Source: Bacteriovoracaceae bacterium
GTDB lineage: Bacteria; Bdellovibrionota; Bacteriovoracia; Bacteriovoracales; Bacteriovoracaceae
Direction: 5' to 3'
Assembly: GCA_041546685.1 (NCBI GenBank)
Contig: JBFEVX010000007.1
Span: forward strand, 1,759-65,758
DNA length: 64,000 nt
Positions 63,406-64,000 of the stretch are shown here, one piece after another. Under the pieces are notes generated by a model. That model saw only the letters and a program-made list of their open reading frames with translations. It searched no databases and was not told the origin of the DNA. Every line of letters starts with the position of its first letter. Position 1 is the first letter of the stretch. The position numbers and the translations under genes are program-made.

Positions 63406-64000
63406 TTAAAAAGTACAAGCAGCGGGTTTAATCCTACAGAAAAGTTCCGGAGTAATTGTATCAACTCCAAACTTTTGTCTAATTTCATAAGCCTGTTGTC
63501 TAGTAAGAGAATCATGCCATTGAGTGAATCTACCAAAGATGATCTTTTTGATTTCCTCTTGTCTGATTCTAGCAAGCTCTTCTTGTCGACGTCGAATCAT
63601 TTCTTCACGACGCATTCGAGCTTGTTTCTTTCGCTCTTCCATTTGCTTGTTTTTCATCATTCGTTGACGCTCTTTCATTTCTTTTTTACGTCGTTCTTCC
63701 TGGCTTTTCTTTTTCTTTTGCGGAGAAGCTGAGTTATCAAGTTCATCTCTTGATACTCCAACTCTTGATTTTGATCCTGATTGACCTGGTTCTACTCTAT
63801 CCTTGATAACAACAGGTGGTTTTACACCAATAGGAAGCTGTCTATCTTTAGCGACTTCAATACCTTTTCCTGGTGCTCCATTATTAAGTCCTTGACCTCT
63901 TTTGAGATCTTGAACCTTTCCTGGCTCCACCTTTGGCCCTTTCATCTCTGGACCTTTTCTTTCGTCATTCTTTTCAGGAGCTTTGATCTCGTTTCCATTT
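63406..64000 (-). CDS. Basic K/E/R-rich low-complexity protein (N-terminus outside window)
   Basis: The frame stays open upstream of the track ATG (63945) to the window edge (...NGNEIKAPEKNDERKGPE-MKGPK...). It has a charged EERRKKEMKERQRMM... tract and a C-terminal globular-looking ~45 aa. Confidence 0.5.
   Translation of the reverse strand, partial: NGNEIKAPEKNDERKGPEMKGPKVEPGKVQDLKRGQGLNNGAPGKGIEVAKDRQLPIGVKPPVVIKDRVEPGQSGSKSRVGVSRDELDNSASPQKKKKSQEERRKKEMKERQRMMKNKQMEERKKQARMRREEMIRRRQEELARIRQEEIKKIIFGRFTQWHDSLTRQQAYEIRQKFGVDTITPELFCRIKPAACTF

Noticed and set aside
63283-63732. Ser/Leu/Phe-rich ORF (149 aa, plus strand)
   Set aside because: It spans the junction of two well-supported minus-strand genes and is antisense to a K/E/R-rich tract. 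There is no RBS.

Overview
AT-rich, very tightly packed bacterial chromosomal segment with about 60 protein-coding genes, one tRNA-Leu(TAG) and several Rho-independent terminators. I saw no rRNA, CRISPR array, transposase, integrase or prophage genes. Many genes are joined by 1-10 nt overlaps (ATGA / TAATG), so most of the window is organised in operons. Recognisable housekeeping content: leuS, an oppABCDF-type peptide ABC importer, reverse transsulfuration (cystathionine beta-synthase + gamma-lyase), ahcY, rpiB, speE, M3 and M28 peptidases, an acyl-CoA dehydrogenase and an aminotransferase. The many secreted/lipoprotein hypotheticals, HD-GYP proteins and a TIGR02147-type regulator suggest a Bdellovibrio-like predatory bacterium; this is inference only. 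Most notable observations: (1) A translationally coupled trio of GT2, eukaryote-type UDP-galactopyranose mutase and Agl23-like GT-C membrane protein (42943-46815). It looks like an undescribed lipid-linked galactofuranose glycosylation module, and its first gene has no ATG/GTG/TTG start. (2) A SUV3-type (mitochondrial-like) RNA helicase coupled by ATGA overlaps to DUF455-like and ATP-grasp-like genes (30309-34716). (3) An operon of a beta-barrel OMP plus two divergent ArsA/Get3-like ATPases (21287-23799). (4) A degenerate HD-GYP protein coupled to a 935-aa coiled-coil protein (8003-11856). (5) An unusual density of eukaryote-type enzymes: class 2 AdoMetDC, LYS1-type saccharopine dehydrogenase, eukaryote-type UGM, SUV3 and a Dpm1-like synthase. 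All family assignments come from motif recognition by eye and remembered reference sequences; no searches were run.
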